A model generated the notes under the pieces. The model was not told the origin of the DNA, did not search any database, and worked only from the letters and a program-made list of their open reading frames with translations. The position numbers were made by a program, and so were the translations under genes. Positions 26,701 through 39,392 of a stretch of 64,000 nt of DNA are shown here, in pieces (the stretch's first letter is position 1; each line of letters starts with the position of its first letter). The stretch covers positions 443,214 to 507,213 of the forward strand of contig JAPMXV010000045.1 of the NCBI GenBank assembly GCA_026936335.1. Reading direction: 5' to 3'. The DNA comes from Mantamonas sphyraenae STR306. Lineage: Eukaryota; Protista; CRuMs.

Positions 26701-29700
26701 TCGTTGGCAAACAGAGTCTCGGCCAACCAGCAGGCGAGGTCGGTGTTGGGCTTGGTCAGCGCGTCCTTGTCGTTGAGCAGCTCCACTTCGTCGGTGCTGC
26801 TCATCTTGCGCGCAACATCGACGTACTTGAAGAAGGCAGACACAATCTCCACAATGATGGCCTGTTTCAACTCCTCTGCACTCTGCTTGTGCTGCGGCAG
26901 CAGCTTCAGCAGACGGCGCTTCATCACGCTCACGGGACTGGTCGACAGCGCCAACTCTCGGTCCGACAGCTCCAGCTCGTCGTGGTTCTCCGCCGCACAC
27001 ACCTTGAGCATGGTGGCAAACACCTTTGCGCCGCCCATGGCGTCCAGGGTGAGTTCGCGGGCCTCGGATGGCCAATTTTCCATCAGGGCAAAGTAGCTCT
27101 TGCGCGCAAACATGGTGCACACCGCGTCCACGGTGTTTGTGAACTGCATGCGCAGCACATAGTCCCACGAAGGACCTCCTGCCTTGAACGTGCCGTTGAA
27201 TGGCTGTTTGCCCTTCTTGTTGCTCTTCTTGCTCTTGTCGTCGGTCTTTTCGTCCTTGTTGTTGGCCGTGCCCACAGGCAACGGGCCCGGCGAATCAAGC
27301 ACGCTGAACGCCTCGTTCTTGCCCATGTCCGGCAGCGAGCCGATGTCAAAGTCCGGCGACAGGTCGTCCTCCATGAGCTCGTCTTCGCCGTCGAGTGAGA
27401 TGTCGCCGCTGAGCGCACGCTGCAGACCGCCCTCCTCGTGTGCGTGGTCAAACAGCCAGTTGATGACCAGGTCCTGGTCGTAATCATTTTCTGGCAGGAT
27501 GTTGTTTTCGGCCAGGGCGCGGCGGCAAAGCGAAACAGGGAAGCCCAGGCAGGCGAGTTCGCTCACGCGAGCTCGTGTGATCATCTCCGGGTTGCCAAAC
27601 ACAAGGTTGGTCGAGTCCAAACTGCTGCTGGTGCTCTCCATGAAGGTGACTTGATCGTCGGCGCTGTAGAGGCTGACCGCAGGGTACACGGTGCGTCCAC
27701 ACAGATCCTTCCACACAACCTTGCCCAGGTCCGTGCCGTCGTTGTTGAAGCGCATCCAGCCCTCGTCCATGTGTACCTCCACAACGATTGTCTGGCCTGT
27801 GGCCATCGGCTTGCCGTAGTATTCGCTCGAGCTGTTGTGGTACGTGTATCCGCTGGATGAGCCGTAGTACGACCAGCCGTAGTAGGACGACGAGCCACCC
27901 AGGTAGTTGGTGCGGTCGTGGTTGGTCTCACACACGCCGATCATGATGGTGCCGCTGTACGTCTTGTCGATGTGCACCTTGAACGAATTGTACCCGCTGG
28001 TCAGGCCTTCCTTGCACCAGATGGTGCGCCAGTACGAGTAGGCCTTGTTCTTCACTGTGCGTCCGTCGTTGCTGACTTCCAAATCTGCATGCTTTCCCGT
28101 CTCGTCGAGCTTCAGTGAGGGCGCCGCGTTGCTCGCCACGCGGCGCACGGACGACGAGCCGTAACCAATGCCGTTGTGCACAACACCGCGCAGCGTGTTG
28201 CCACTCATGTCAAAGGCAATGTCACCGGAGCCCTCTTCGAAGCGGAGCAGCACACCGAGGTTCGGTGCGCCACTGAGCATGGCGCGGTAGTCGCCCATGA
28301 TGTCTTCGATCTTGCGGGCGTCGGTCCACACGCGCACCTCGTCCACCTGGCCCACAAAACCAAAGTTGATGGGCCTGCGTTCACGCTGCTCGGCCTCGCG
28401 CTGTGCGTCTTCGCTGAGCTGTTTGCGAGAGATGTCGCAGCCTTCGTCCTTGGAGCCACAGTCGCAGTAGAAGTTTGCTGCGCGGGGCGTCAGCTCGTGT
28501 CCCTGGTGACACGTCTCGGCGCAGGCCTCGCACACTCCCTTGCCACTGGTCAGCTGGCAGGTGCGGCATTCGTAGAATTCCTGGTAGACAAACTCCTTGC
28601 CCGTTTTGACAAACGTGCACACGGGCTCCGCCTCGGTGTCCTCCAGGCTTTCGTCGCCGATAAGGCCTCCGACAATCCAGTGGGAGGTCTTGACGGCGGT
28701 GAGCTTGTTGTCGGTCTTTGTGGAGTGCATGAGGTCACCGTTCTTCCAAATGCTCCAGTCGCCGTCGTAGCGGGAGGCGAGATGGATCCAGCGGCCGACA
28801 TCGCGTGTCTCGACGGGGGTAGACGCGTATGCGTGGTGGTCCTCTGCACCAGGCTTTGTGATGCCCGTCTGGAACTCGCCGTCTTGCACACGCAGAAAGT
28901 AGACAAAATTGTCGGAAATCTTGCCGCGGGACACAATGTACATGGGCTGAGTGGGCATCTCGTCCATGCGCACCCAGGTTTCGACGAGCATGGACTGGCG
29001 CGGGTCAGCAACAGCGGGCTTGCCGAGGTCGACGTACGTGTCCTGGGCGAGGTTGAGGCACATGCCCTGCTTGAAGGCGAGGAGCTCAATTGTGCGGGAC
29101 TTGGAGGCGCCAGCGACGGAGCCAACGATGCGCTCGTCGTCGAGAACCTGACACTTGTAGGTGGCAGGCACCTCCCAGTTCTTGGGGCCACGTTTGACAG
29201 AAACCTCGCGGAACTCGAGCTGGTTGCGCACGCCTACGGTGCCTTCCATGACGCAGACACACTTTTGCATGGGCCACTCGACAAGGCCCTCGAAACGCTT
29301 GTCGCCGACGCGGCGCTTGGTGATTTTGAGGACCATGGGAACGGGCAGAGCCGAGCCGTCGCGGAAGAGGCCGTTGTACTGGGTGCCCTGACGAAGGACG
29401 TCGGTGGGCACTGTCTGTGTCTGCACGCCCGTGGACGTGTCAAACAAGAGGGAGGACGGGTCATCGGGCACGAGAGCAACGTCCGCGTCGCCCACGGTCC
29501 AGACCGTGGCAAAGTACTTGCCGGGCTCGAGGACAAAGACACCGCCGAGGTAGGAGCCGTTGTGTGTGACAAAGACCTCGTTGTTGCGGTAGTTGAGTCC
29601 AAAACCAACGACGTCGCCCTCGACAATGGGTGGGATGTCAAGGTTCTCGTTGAGGGTGCCTGTGCCAGAGCCGAAGCCGCCCGAGTCCTTGGAGAAGGAG

Positions 29701-32700
29701 TAGGCGACGCGCTGGAGGGCGCCGGTGTGGTGGTAGACAAAGGAGACACGCGGGGTGGGACGTTTCTCCCTGGGATCATCCTGCCATTCGTCGCCGACGC
29801 GTTTGCGAGAGCGGAGACGGTTGGAAAGTCCGATGGCGAGTTGGGCGTGTTTGTCGAGCTTGTTGACGCGCATTTCAAAGTAGTCGATGGGCAGGCACTG
29901 GCATTGGCGCCAGCGGTCATCTGCAACAACAGCACACTTGCACGTAAGGTGCTTCATCCACTTTTGGTAGTGGACATCGTGGCCGACGTGGCACTTCTTG
30001 ATGCAGGCCTCGCAGCAGTCGAGGTCGCAGGTATTGCAGCGGTAGTTGTGCCCAGGCTGGGTGATTCCAGCGGGAGCCTTACAGTCTGCGCGAAGCGGGA
30101 AGCTGTGGTCAGCCTGGGTTGCGGTGAGGGCAGCGTCGGAGCCGCGCACAACTCGCTGCCACACATGCTGCATGTCATCGAAAGCAAGCGCGGGCACGGC
30201 GTTGTCCTCGAGCTCCGCTTCGATGGTCATGCGCTGGACGTTGGCGAGCACGCGGTCGACAACGCGTTGCTTGTTCTGCAAGCCGACGTCATCGGGAAAG
30301 CCCGGCAACAGGGTGGCGCGAGTGGCAATCTTCATGAGCAGGGGCATGTAGCCCGAGTTGATGAAGAGGGCAGCGGTCTCCTGGTTGTGCAGCATGCTGA
30401 CGAGCGCCTTCATGCCGACGGCCTGGATGACCATGAGGCTGTGGGACAGCTCGCCGTGCAGCTTGCGGTTGGCTGCGTCCATGGAGGTAAAGGGAGCAGG
30501 GCTGCTGGAAGTGGAGCTGGAAGTGGAGCTGGAAGTGGCCTTGGCCTTGCCCTTGGTGTCCACGACAGGAGTGGATACGGCAGAAGCGGACGTCTCTTCG
30601 TTGCTGAGCACGTTCTCGAGGAGGGCGGCGAAGGAGCGAAGACAGGAGTCGTCGAGAGGCAAGTCGTGAGTCTGCAGGCCGGTGTCACCGTCGAGAACGG
30701 GCTGGACGTCGGTAAGAAGGACCTGGACGGGCTGAGGGAGGACTTGTGCGGTTGCGGTGTAGCTGTCGTCAAAGAGCACGGAAACAAAGTACTCGTTGCC
30801 ACGGTAGGGGCTGCACCACTGCACGGTGGCCTCCTTGTTGACGGTGACGCCATCCTTGGTGGAGGCGACGTGGACGCGTGCGCCTGTGCGCACAATGTCC
30901 GTGAGGCCACCCATGGTGCAAAGGGCTCCGATGCATTGCTTGACCTGGTCGTCGACGAGGTACTTGTCGTTGCCGAGGGTTGCGCACAGGTCGGGCAGTG
31001 TGTCAAGGGTGGCACGGAGGGAGCCAAAGACGGCCTGCTTCCATGTGTCGCTTGTGAGGAGGGAGCGGAGGAGGCCGACCTGTTCGGCGGCAATGGCGAA
31101 GCGGTAGTCTGCGGTGTGCAACCAATTGTCGTGCGTGTGTGTGGACAGGACGTAGGCGTCGCCGATGCGTGTGAGGATGGTGCGCACCATGTCATCGACA
31201 GAGGAGGCGCCGACAGCAGCGGCGACGGTGCCCGGGTCGCCGTGCACAAAGGCGCGACGGCAGAGGCGCAGAAGGAGCACCTGGACGTCGATGTTGTCTA
31301 GGCTAGACCAGTGGCGTCCGTCATGGTTGATGAGGCGGTCGACGAGGGTGGCCCATGCAGGCTGTGCGACGATGTTTGCAGCGGCGGTGTGCTGGGTGGC
31401 GAGGAGCACGAGCTGGAGCAGGCGCTTGCAGGGGACGTCGATGTCGTCGACGAGGGCCTGGTCGGGTTGATCGGGGCAGGTTGCGGAATAGTCGACGGCA
31501 GCGAGCTGCTCCGCGGAAAGAGCACCGGGCTGGGTGCTAAAGCCGCTCAGGAAACCGTGCATGCCTGCAGCCGAGCTGTTTGCACCTCCTTGAGTGCTGT
31601 TGGAGTGGACGACGATGGGGCGTGCGCCAAGGTGCATGGGAAACCTGTGGAAGCGAATATCGATGAAATCGTAGCGGTTGCGCTTCTTGTTGGTTTTTTC
31701 GGAGCCGACGAGCTCGCCGTTCATGTAGATGGAGCAGGTGTCGTCGTCGGTGCGGGTGAAAGCGAGGTGAGTCCAGCGATGGTATTTGATGGGCCGCTTG
31801 CTGGTCACTTCTGTGGAGGAGCAGACGTTGAAGATGACGACGCCCTTGCGGTCGATGCAGGCCTGGACGGCGTAGATGTTCTGCAGGTAGGCACTGCGAT
31901 TTGTGAAAATGACACCCTGGTCGGGAGTGGGAAGCGGGTACACCCAGCAGGAGAAGGTGAAGGCCCTGCCGATGGTGGATGGGAGATGAGGGACAATGAC
32001 ACCGGGCTGCTTGGGTTCGAGCCAGATGCGCTGGGGCAACAGGAGTTGGCCTCCAAGCACACAGGTGTCAGGAACGTGGGCATCGGCGGGTGCGCAGACG
32101 CTGGCAAAGGTCGTGAGTTCGTCTTTGACCTGATCGAGCAGCGTGGACTGGAACTCAGCGCTGCTGGGTTGGCCGTGCGGGTTGAAGCGCACAGCCTGGA
32201 GGGCCATGATGTTGTATGCGTACCAAGAGGCGTCTGCGAGGGCGAGCCTGTGGCGCGTGCGAGCATGGAGGTGGTTGCCGGTATTGGCCATGCGGACGAC
32301 GGCAAGAGAGCTTGCGTGGGAGGCCGAGTTTTCTTGCAGAAAGTCGTCGATGAGCTTCTGGTCACGCTGGTGGGACGTGGATTGCCACTTGTCGCCGAGG
32401 GCACGCAAAATGCCGCTGGCAAGGAGGAACTGATGGTCCTCTGAGCGAAAGTCGATGGAGAGACAGCGAAGGGCCTGCATGTGGACGGCAGTCTCGAGAG
32501 ACATGCGAGATGAGTCGTAGAGCTCTGCGTAGGTGCCGTCGAGGACGAGCGGGTCGCTGGGGGTCTCGGCAAGGACTGTGGCGAGGGTGCCAACCAGGGA
32601 AAAGAAGGCGTTGGTGACCTCGGCACAGAGGGATTCGCCGCTGCCCTCGAGGGAGTGGAGGTAATGGAGCATCTTGGGGAAGGCCTGCTCGGTGAAGGGC

Positions 32701-35700
32701 AGGTCGTCGTCGATCTTGGGACGGGTGGAGAGAGAGTCGGCAAAGAAGCGCAGGAGCATGGCGCGGCTTTCGATGCTGACAGTGTTGCGCAGGAAGGAGG
32801 CGCCCGGATGGTCGGATGCAGCTGCCGAGGCAAAGGCGGGGCCGCGAGTGCAGGCGGCGAGGAGCTGAGAGAGGGCAGAGAGGCCTGTGGTGCGAATGAC
32901 GGCGCGTGCCTGGCGGGTGATGAGGACGTCGCGCAAGCGGCTGAGCTGGACGTCGGCCTGGACAAACTCGAGGACACGGCGTGCGGTCATGGCATCCTGC
33001 TGGGTGCTGCCGGTGCCGTCCAGGACGTCGCGGCGCTCCTTCATGAGCATCTTGAGCTTGTCGAGGGCCTCCTTGGCGTTGGAGACCTGGAGCCAAGGGG
33101 AGGCGGACCCGTCTGTAAAGTCGTCGTCTGTGGAGGCCATGGAGGCAGCTAGATCGGCGGCAGAGGAAGAGAGGGTGGTTGCAACCGAGCGGCGCGGAAG
33201 GAGTCGGTTGTGGCTTTCTGTGGGGGCGATGGTGAGGAGAAACTCTGCGCGCGTGCGGATACGTTCGGCGAGGTGGATGTACTGGCGGCGGTGGAGGTCA
33301 TCGGCACTCTCGTTGGCAGACGGGGCAGGACCTGCATCGACGCCTTTTTGGCGTTCAGAGACCATCCAGCGGACGAGCTTGTTGGCAAGCTTGTAGAGGA
33401 GCTTGAGGTTGTCTGGGCACTCTTCGTCGTCGGGGGTGCGCAGAAAGGCGATGGCGGCTGCCGTGAGGCCTTCGTGCTTGAGCATGCATGCAAAGACGGT
33501 GCGAATGGCGCGTTGGACGTGCTCCTTGGCCAGTTTGGAAGCCTTGGAGCGATCTGCGGGCAGACCCTTGGCGACGCGTACAACGAGGGGATGTGCGTCG
33601 TCCTCGATGAGCTCGACAATAAAGGTGTCACTTTCTGTGACCGCAGAGACGGTGCGCGCGATGGGCATGCGCTTGAACTGCTTCTGCGGGCGGCCTCCGT
33701 GGCGAAGGTACTCGAGCATGGGGTCCATGTCTGCAAAGCCGCCTGCAAAGAGACCATTTTGGAGCCACTTTGCAAACTGGGCTTCCTGCTTTGTGACCTT
33801 GCCACCGTGGACGAGAGTGCTTGCACACTTGCCGGTGAGCCAGGCGAGGGTCATTTGGATTTCGTTTGTGCGTCTGATGGCGCCCTCCATGGCAAATGCG
33901 ACGTTGGACAACTTGACGGAGCCGAAAAAGGCGTGCTCAGACGGGTTGACCGCGTCTGTGTTGGGTGGGTTGCTGAGAACGCGCAGATACAGACGCCCAT
34001 CTTGGGTGGAGACGCGGACCTTTGCGCTGCCGGGGCCCTCGAGGACGGCCAAGGGTCGTCGGAGCAGTCCTGGGCGAGGTGAAGCGAGACGGCGTTGTCC
34101 TTGCGATTGGAGGAGGATGAGGAGGATGAGGAGGAGGATGAGGAGGATGAGCTGGTTGGGACGGGGCCGCCGTCGAGGCGCTGGTACGTGCGCGGCGTTT
34201 GGGTGCCGACTCGTTCAAATTCGACTCCGTCGGTGTCTTCGTGGACAATGTGGCACTGGTCACACATGTCTCGCGAGGCCCAGGCGGAGGAGCGGACGTG
34301 CCAGCGGTACCCGACGATGGGTTTGACGGAGCACTCGTCACATCGGTAGCCTGTGTGGATGGTGTCTGCGGCGTCATCGGGGGAGCCAGAAGAGATTGTG
34401 TTTGTGGTGTTTGCGAGCTCGTTGAGACCGATGACGACGGTGAGGGAGGAGGCAAACGGGACGTGGATGGGCAAGATGCGGTCGAATTGCTGGAGGCCCA
34501 TGGCGTCGGGCAAGGGGATGGTCTCTGAGTGGACGGCGTTGGTCTTGATGCGAGGGGCATCGGAGCCGCGCGGAGTGACGAGGGAGCGGTCGTCGAGACG
34601 CGGGAGCTGGGCGTTGATGCGGTTCAGCTGCTGGAGGAGGGAGACAAGAGGGCCGAGGGCGCGGCTGCTGAACATGACATGAGAGGCATACAAGCAGAGG
34701 GCCGAGGTGAGGGGGAGGAGGAGCTGGCCGACGAAGCAGGCGTCGAGAAACTCGAGAATGGCCGGGTGGAGGCCCTTGTGCCACTGGCCATCCTGGAGGG
34801 AGTCGTTGATGGCCAAGGCCTGCTCAAAAATGTGCCCGGCAGAGTGTGCAAACTGCTCGACGTAGTGGACGAGGAGCTCAAGGCTTGTGTTTGGGTTCTG
34901 AACGTGCGACAGGACGGCTGAAGTGGCGGACGCCGTGTCTGCGGAGGCGGGTGCACCTGTGTCCTCTGGAGTGGCCTTGAAAAGAAGTTGCTTTTGGAGG
35001 GCAGAAAGGACTGCGAGGGATTGAGAGACGCCGATGTTGAGCTTTGCGGAGGGCACGCCGTCCTGAAAGTGTGCTTGCAAGGTCTCGCCGGTTTCCTGGC
35101 GCACGACAGAGACGAGGGTGGTGACAAAGGTGGCCACTGCGGTTGTGGATGAGGACGAGGCAGCGCCGGCGTGCGTGGACGGGGTAGCCGGGGAGGAGGA
35201 GGAGGAGGAGGAGGAGGAGGAAGAGGGGTCCTGTTGGTCGGAGCGGGCGACGTCGGTGGAGAGGAGTTTGTCGACGGTCTTGTAGGAGGAAAAGTGTCCC
35301 AGCAGATTGTCGAGGAAAGTGGCCTTTGTGGCAGAAAACTTGTCCGGGTTTTCGGAGCGGGCCTGAAGGAGGTCGGAGAGCATGGTGCCCTGCTCGACGA
35401 TGCTGGGGTAGAAGACGTTGAGGGTGCTTGTGACGGTGCGTGCGGCCTCGCGCTGGATGTCACGGATTGTCTGTGCGACGGCGGACGGGAGATCGGAGGC
35501 GGAGAATTCGAGGTTGATGATGTGCCAGAGGGTGGTGCGGATGCGGACGGCAAGGGAGTGCTCGCCGCGTGCACGGAGCCCCAGGCGCGGATCGGTTACG
35601 TCGCCGCTCTCCTGGAGGTGGTATGCGTTTGTGGCGAGCATGCCGAGGAGGGCCTTGATCTCGTAGAGGCGGAGGGACCAGGTGTGGAGCAGTTGCGGGT

Positions 35701-38700
35701 CTTGTTCGGACGAGCAGGGGTTGTCAAGGTGGCAGAGTTTTGCGGAAAGAAGGGTGTAGAGGGATTGGAAGGACTCCTTTGTGGCCTCGTATGCGTAGGG
35801 GACGTTTGTGCCAAAGGATGGTTGTTTTGTGGCGAGTGCGGGCTTGTAGGCACGCGAGAGGCGGTCGAGGCAGGCGATGAGGTAGAGGGAGAGGTTGGCC
35901 GGGTCGTCGCGTGCATGGAGGAGGACCTGCTCGGAGGAAAAGGTAGAGTCGGAGGTGGGCAGGGAGTAGGGGAGGGAGGAAAGGATGCTGTGGTTCTGGA
36001 AGGCCTTGAGCTGGGTGGAGTCGACATCGAACTGCCAGACGGCGTTGTGTGTAAAGTCGTAGGCTGACGGGAGGGCGCGTGAGACGTTGTCGCCGTGGAT
36101 GTACTCCCAGGAGGCAAGGTAGCCCGAGTCGAGGCTGAAGTTGAGGGTGATGCAGCCGCGAAGGGAGCCCATGTTGCGTGTGTAGAGGCCGCGAAGTTTG
36201 TTTGCGCGCATGGTACAGGCTACGTAGTGGCCGTTGGTGACCCAGGAAGCCATGGCCAGGGCGGTGGGAGGGAGGTCGACGAGAGGCTTGCGTGCGCCCG
36301 CCGGGTCGAGGCGTTCGACAGAGATGGCGGAGAGGCAGGGAGAGCCGACGGAGGCGATGAGTTCGAGGTCGATGTGCTGTGCGTTGTGGATGACGACGGG
36401 GAAGGAGAGGGTGTGTGCCTGGTTGTTTGCGTGCTTGTACATGTCCCAGGCACGGACGGTGCGGCGGTTCTGGACGTAGACGTCAAAGACGCGCGCTTCG
36501 GCACGGGAACACGTGTTTTCGCGGAGGTAGAGGGTGACGAGGAATGCGCCCGGGCTGGAAAGGGGCAAACGGTAGTGGAGCTTGCGTGTGTCGTCGAGGC
36601 CAAGGCGTGCGGTTTGGAAAAGGGCAAGCTCGGAGGAGGAGACGGAGGAGTCTTTGTGGAGGGTGATGTTTGCCGGGCTGCGCCAGTCGATGTCGGACTC
36701 GTTGTAGCCGAAATCAGCGGCAAAGGTGCCTTTGGAAGTCACGTGTGCGAGGGCGCCACAGTTGACGGCGACTTCGAGGGAGAGGATGTCCGCAAGGGGA
36801 CCTGTAAGGGCGAGGGTGCGGAGGAGGGCGTTTGCGGCGAGCGGGTCGTGGATGTCGATGGCAAAGGCCGGCGGGGGCGTGGAGGATGAGGAAGAGGCGT
36901 CCTGTGGTGCCTGCTCGGTGGCGTTTGCGTCGTAGGCAAGGTAGAGATGGCGGCCGTCGGAAAAGAGGGGCGAGGCAAGAGCCATGGCGTCTGGGGAGGC
37001 GTCGGGGACAGAGGCAAGGGGACCTTGCTGGAGCTGTGCGAGGCGGGAGTCCTGGGGCAGGGCCAGAAGGGGCGCAATGTCTGTGTCGTGGACGTCGTGG
37101 AGGAGAGCGAGGTCTGAGGCACGCACGAGGAGGAAGGGCTGATCGATGGCGTGGGAGCGGAAGTAGAGGTGGCCATTGACGTGTGCAAGGGTGCCGTGTG
37201 CGCCTGGGGCGACGTGGTCGTTGGAGGCGTAGAGGCGACCCTGGATGGAATTGCGTCCTGAGCCGATCTTCATGAGGCCTCTGTTGGAGGTGTGGAGATA
37301 GACATATGTGCCGTCTGAAGCGATGGCGATGCCAGCTTGTGCGTCGGAGGAGGGGTTGGCCTGCTGATCGTCTGTTTCGAGGACGGGAGAGAGTTCCGGG
37401 GTAAAGTCGTTTGCGTTGTCGTGCTTGCCGAGAGCATTGAGGTCCTGGAGGATGGGCATGTGTGCGAGGTGTGCGAGCTTGGCGATGTCTTGCGCCGGGT
37501 CGACGCCGTGGAGTAGATCCGTGGAGGCGTCGAGGGCGGCAGCGAGGCTGAGGAGGTTCTGGAAAGAGTGTCGGGCAAGGCTGATATCGACGACGATGCG
37601 AAAGAGGGTGGCACGTGCAGAGGAGGAGAGGTGTGGCTTGGCGAGCATGGCGAGGATGCTTTCGTGGAGGGAGTCCATGGCGGCGTCGACGCCCGGAGAA
37701 AATGTGTGTCCGGCTTCGACGAGGTCGTTCATCTGGTCTGTGAGGTCTGTGAGGACGTCGAGCATGTCGTCAAAGTCGGCAGTGTCTGTGTGCTTTGCTG
37801 CAGAGGCCATCATGCGAAGAACGAGGCGGACGGTGTGCTTGACGACAGAGTTGGAGAGGGAGGTAGAGTCGGGGGTGGAGGAGGGAGTGGCTGCGGAGGA
37901 TGAGGAGGAGGATGAAGAGGAGGATGATGATGAGGAGGAGGGGTTGAGTTTTGCACGTTCGGCTTCGCGAAGGAGAGCGAGCTGGACGCGTTTGATGATG
38001 GCAAGGCGGCGGTTGATGGACTGGGAGGCAAAGGTGTCGGCGGTGCGCTTTGCACGGAGATCAAGGGACTGGGAGAGGTGGGAGAGGATGGGAACGTAGG
38101 TGTCGATGGGTTGGGAGGAGGCGGAGGAGGAATAGAGGTCGTCGGAGCTGGGGAGGCCGTCTGGAATGAGGGCAGGCGCGATGGAGTCGGTGGGGAGGAG
38201 GCCGAGGACAGAGGAAGAGCCATCGACGAGAGAAGCCTGAGAGTCGAGAAAGACGGAGAGCTTGTCGAGGCGCTCGTTGAGGGTTTCCGAGTCGACGAGG
38301 TCGTCGTCCTTGGGCAGGCCGGTGTTTGAGGAGGTGGAACGGAAGGTGACCATGTCGTTGCGGTGGTAGAGGGAGACGGCAGGGTAAAGCTCGCGCCCGA
38401 GGAGATCCGAGGTGAAAGCCTTGCCGAGGTCGTCGCCGTTGTGGGTGTAGGAGAGGTAGCCCTCCTTGAGGTTGAGCTCGACGCCGACAATGTCGCCAGT
38501 CTTGACGTACTTGCCGTAGGAGGAGCTGCTACCGTTGTGGTAGGTGTAGGGGTAGCTTGTGCCGTAGTAGGACCAGCCGTTGTAGGAGGAGGAGCCGCCA
38601 AGGTAATAGGTGTTTGAGTGGTTGCTTTCGCAAACGCCGATCATGATGGTGCCGGAGGAGGTCTTGTCGATGACAATCTCCCATTTGTAGACGGCGGGGC

Positions 38701-39310
38701 GCTTCATGGGCTTGTTGGCCCAGACCGTGGACCAGGTGTCGCTGCTGCTTGTGGCCTGGCATGTATGGTTGGAATTGGAGAGGGTCATGGAGCTCGGGGC
38801 CGTCTTTGGATCAAGTTCGACGTCTGGGGGGAAGGGCAGCAAGGGGGGTTCAGGTGTGAGTGAGAGCAAAGGGGGGGCGGGAAAGGGGTAGGGTGGAGGA
38901 TGGAGAAAGATAAGGGGCGGGTGGAGGAGAACGGGGCCAAGGAAGGGAGTGGGGAATTGCGCACGTGGGAGGGCGTGCACAATGTTTGCGAGGAAAGGGA
39001 GAGGGAAGGGGTGGGGGGAGCACATGGGGCATGGAAAGTGGAAGAGAAGGGATGGTTGGAGGAGGGAGGGTGCGGGGCAGTTTGGGATTGGAGAGCGGGT
39101 GGAGGGAGAGGCGGAATGGTGGAGGGACGTACAGCTCGGGGCGGAAAAGGAGAGGTTTGGCATTTGCGCGAGGGCAAAGTTGTCGTCGAGGAGCTGCGAG
39201 TCGGAGAGACGCAGCCATGCGCGATCGTCTTCGGCTGTGTCTTCGAGAGCTCGCTCGTCAATGGCGCCTGTGTCTTCGTCTCGCAAAGCGAGGGACAAGG
39301 AGCTTCCCAT
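23797..39310 (-). CDS. Giant multi-SPRY/malectin/LamG/ZZ/UBR/UBA HECT E3 ubiquitin ligase, paralog A (~5,070 aa; exon 1 39310-39133, exon 2 38823-23797; two 1-nt frameshifts at ~34052 and ~26481)
   Basis: ORFs 33851..39310, 26247..34052 and 23797..27168 join into one protein collinear with paralog B. HECT motifs WHVDFAGENSIDAGGPYRE, FLRFVWGRSRLP and catalytic AHTCSFQLDLPRY. Confidence 0.88.
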
Positions 39311-39392
39311 GGGGTGTTTTGAGTTGTTGCTGAGAAGCCGGTTTTTGGGTGACGGGGCTCGCGGGGGAACGCAAGGGAATCCTGGTTGGGTG

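Noticed and set aside
28176-31301. 1,041-aa + strand ORF and similar antisense ORFs (10977..12158, 41869..43950, 59919..61958)
   Set aside because: Shadows of well-supported genes on the opposite strand in GC-rich sequence.
23797-39310. Three separate genes as listed in the ORF track
   Set aside because: Collinearity with paralog B and exact frame restoration by two single bases show one gene.
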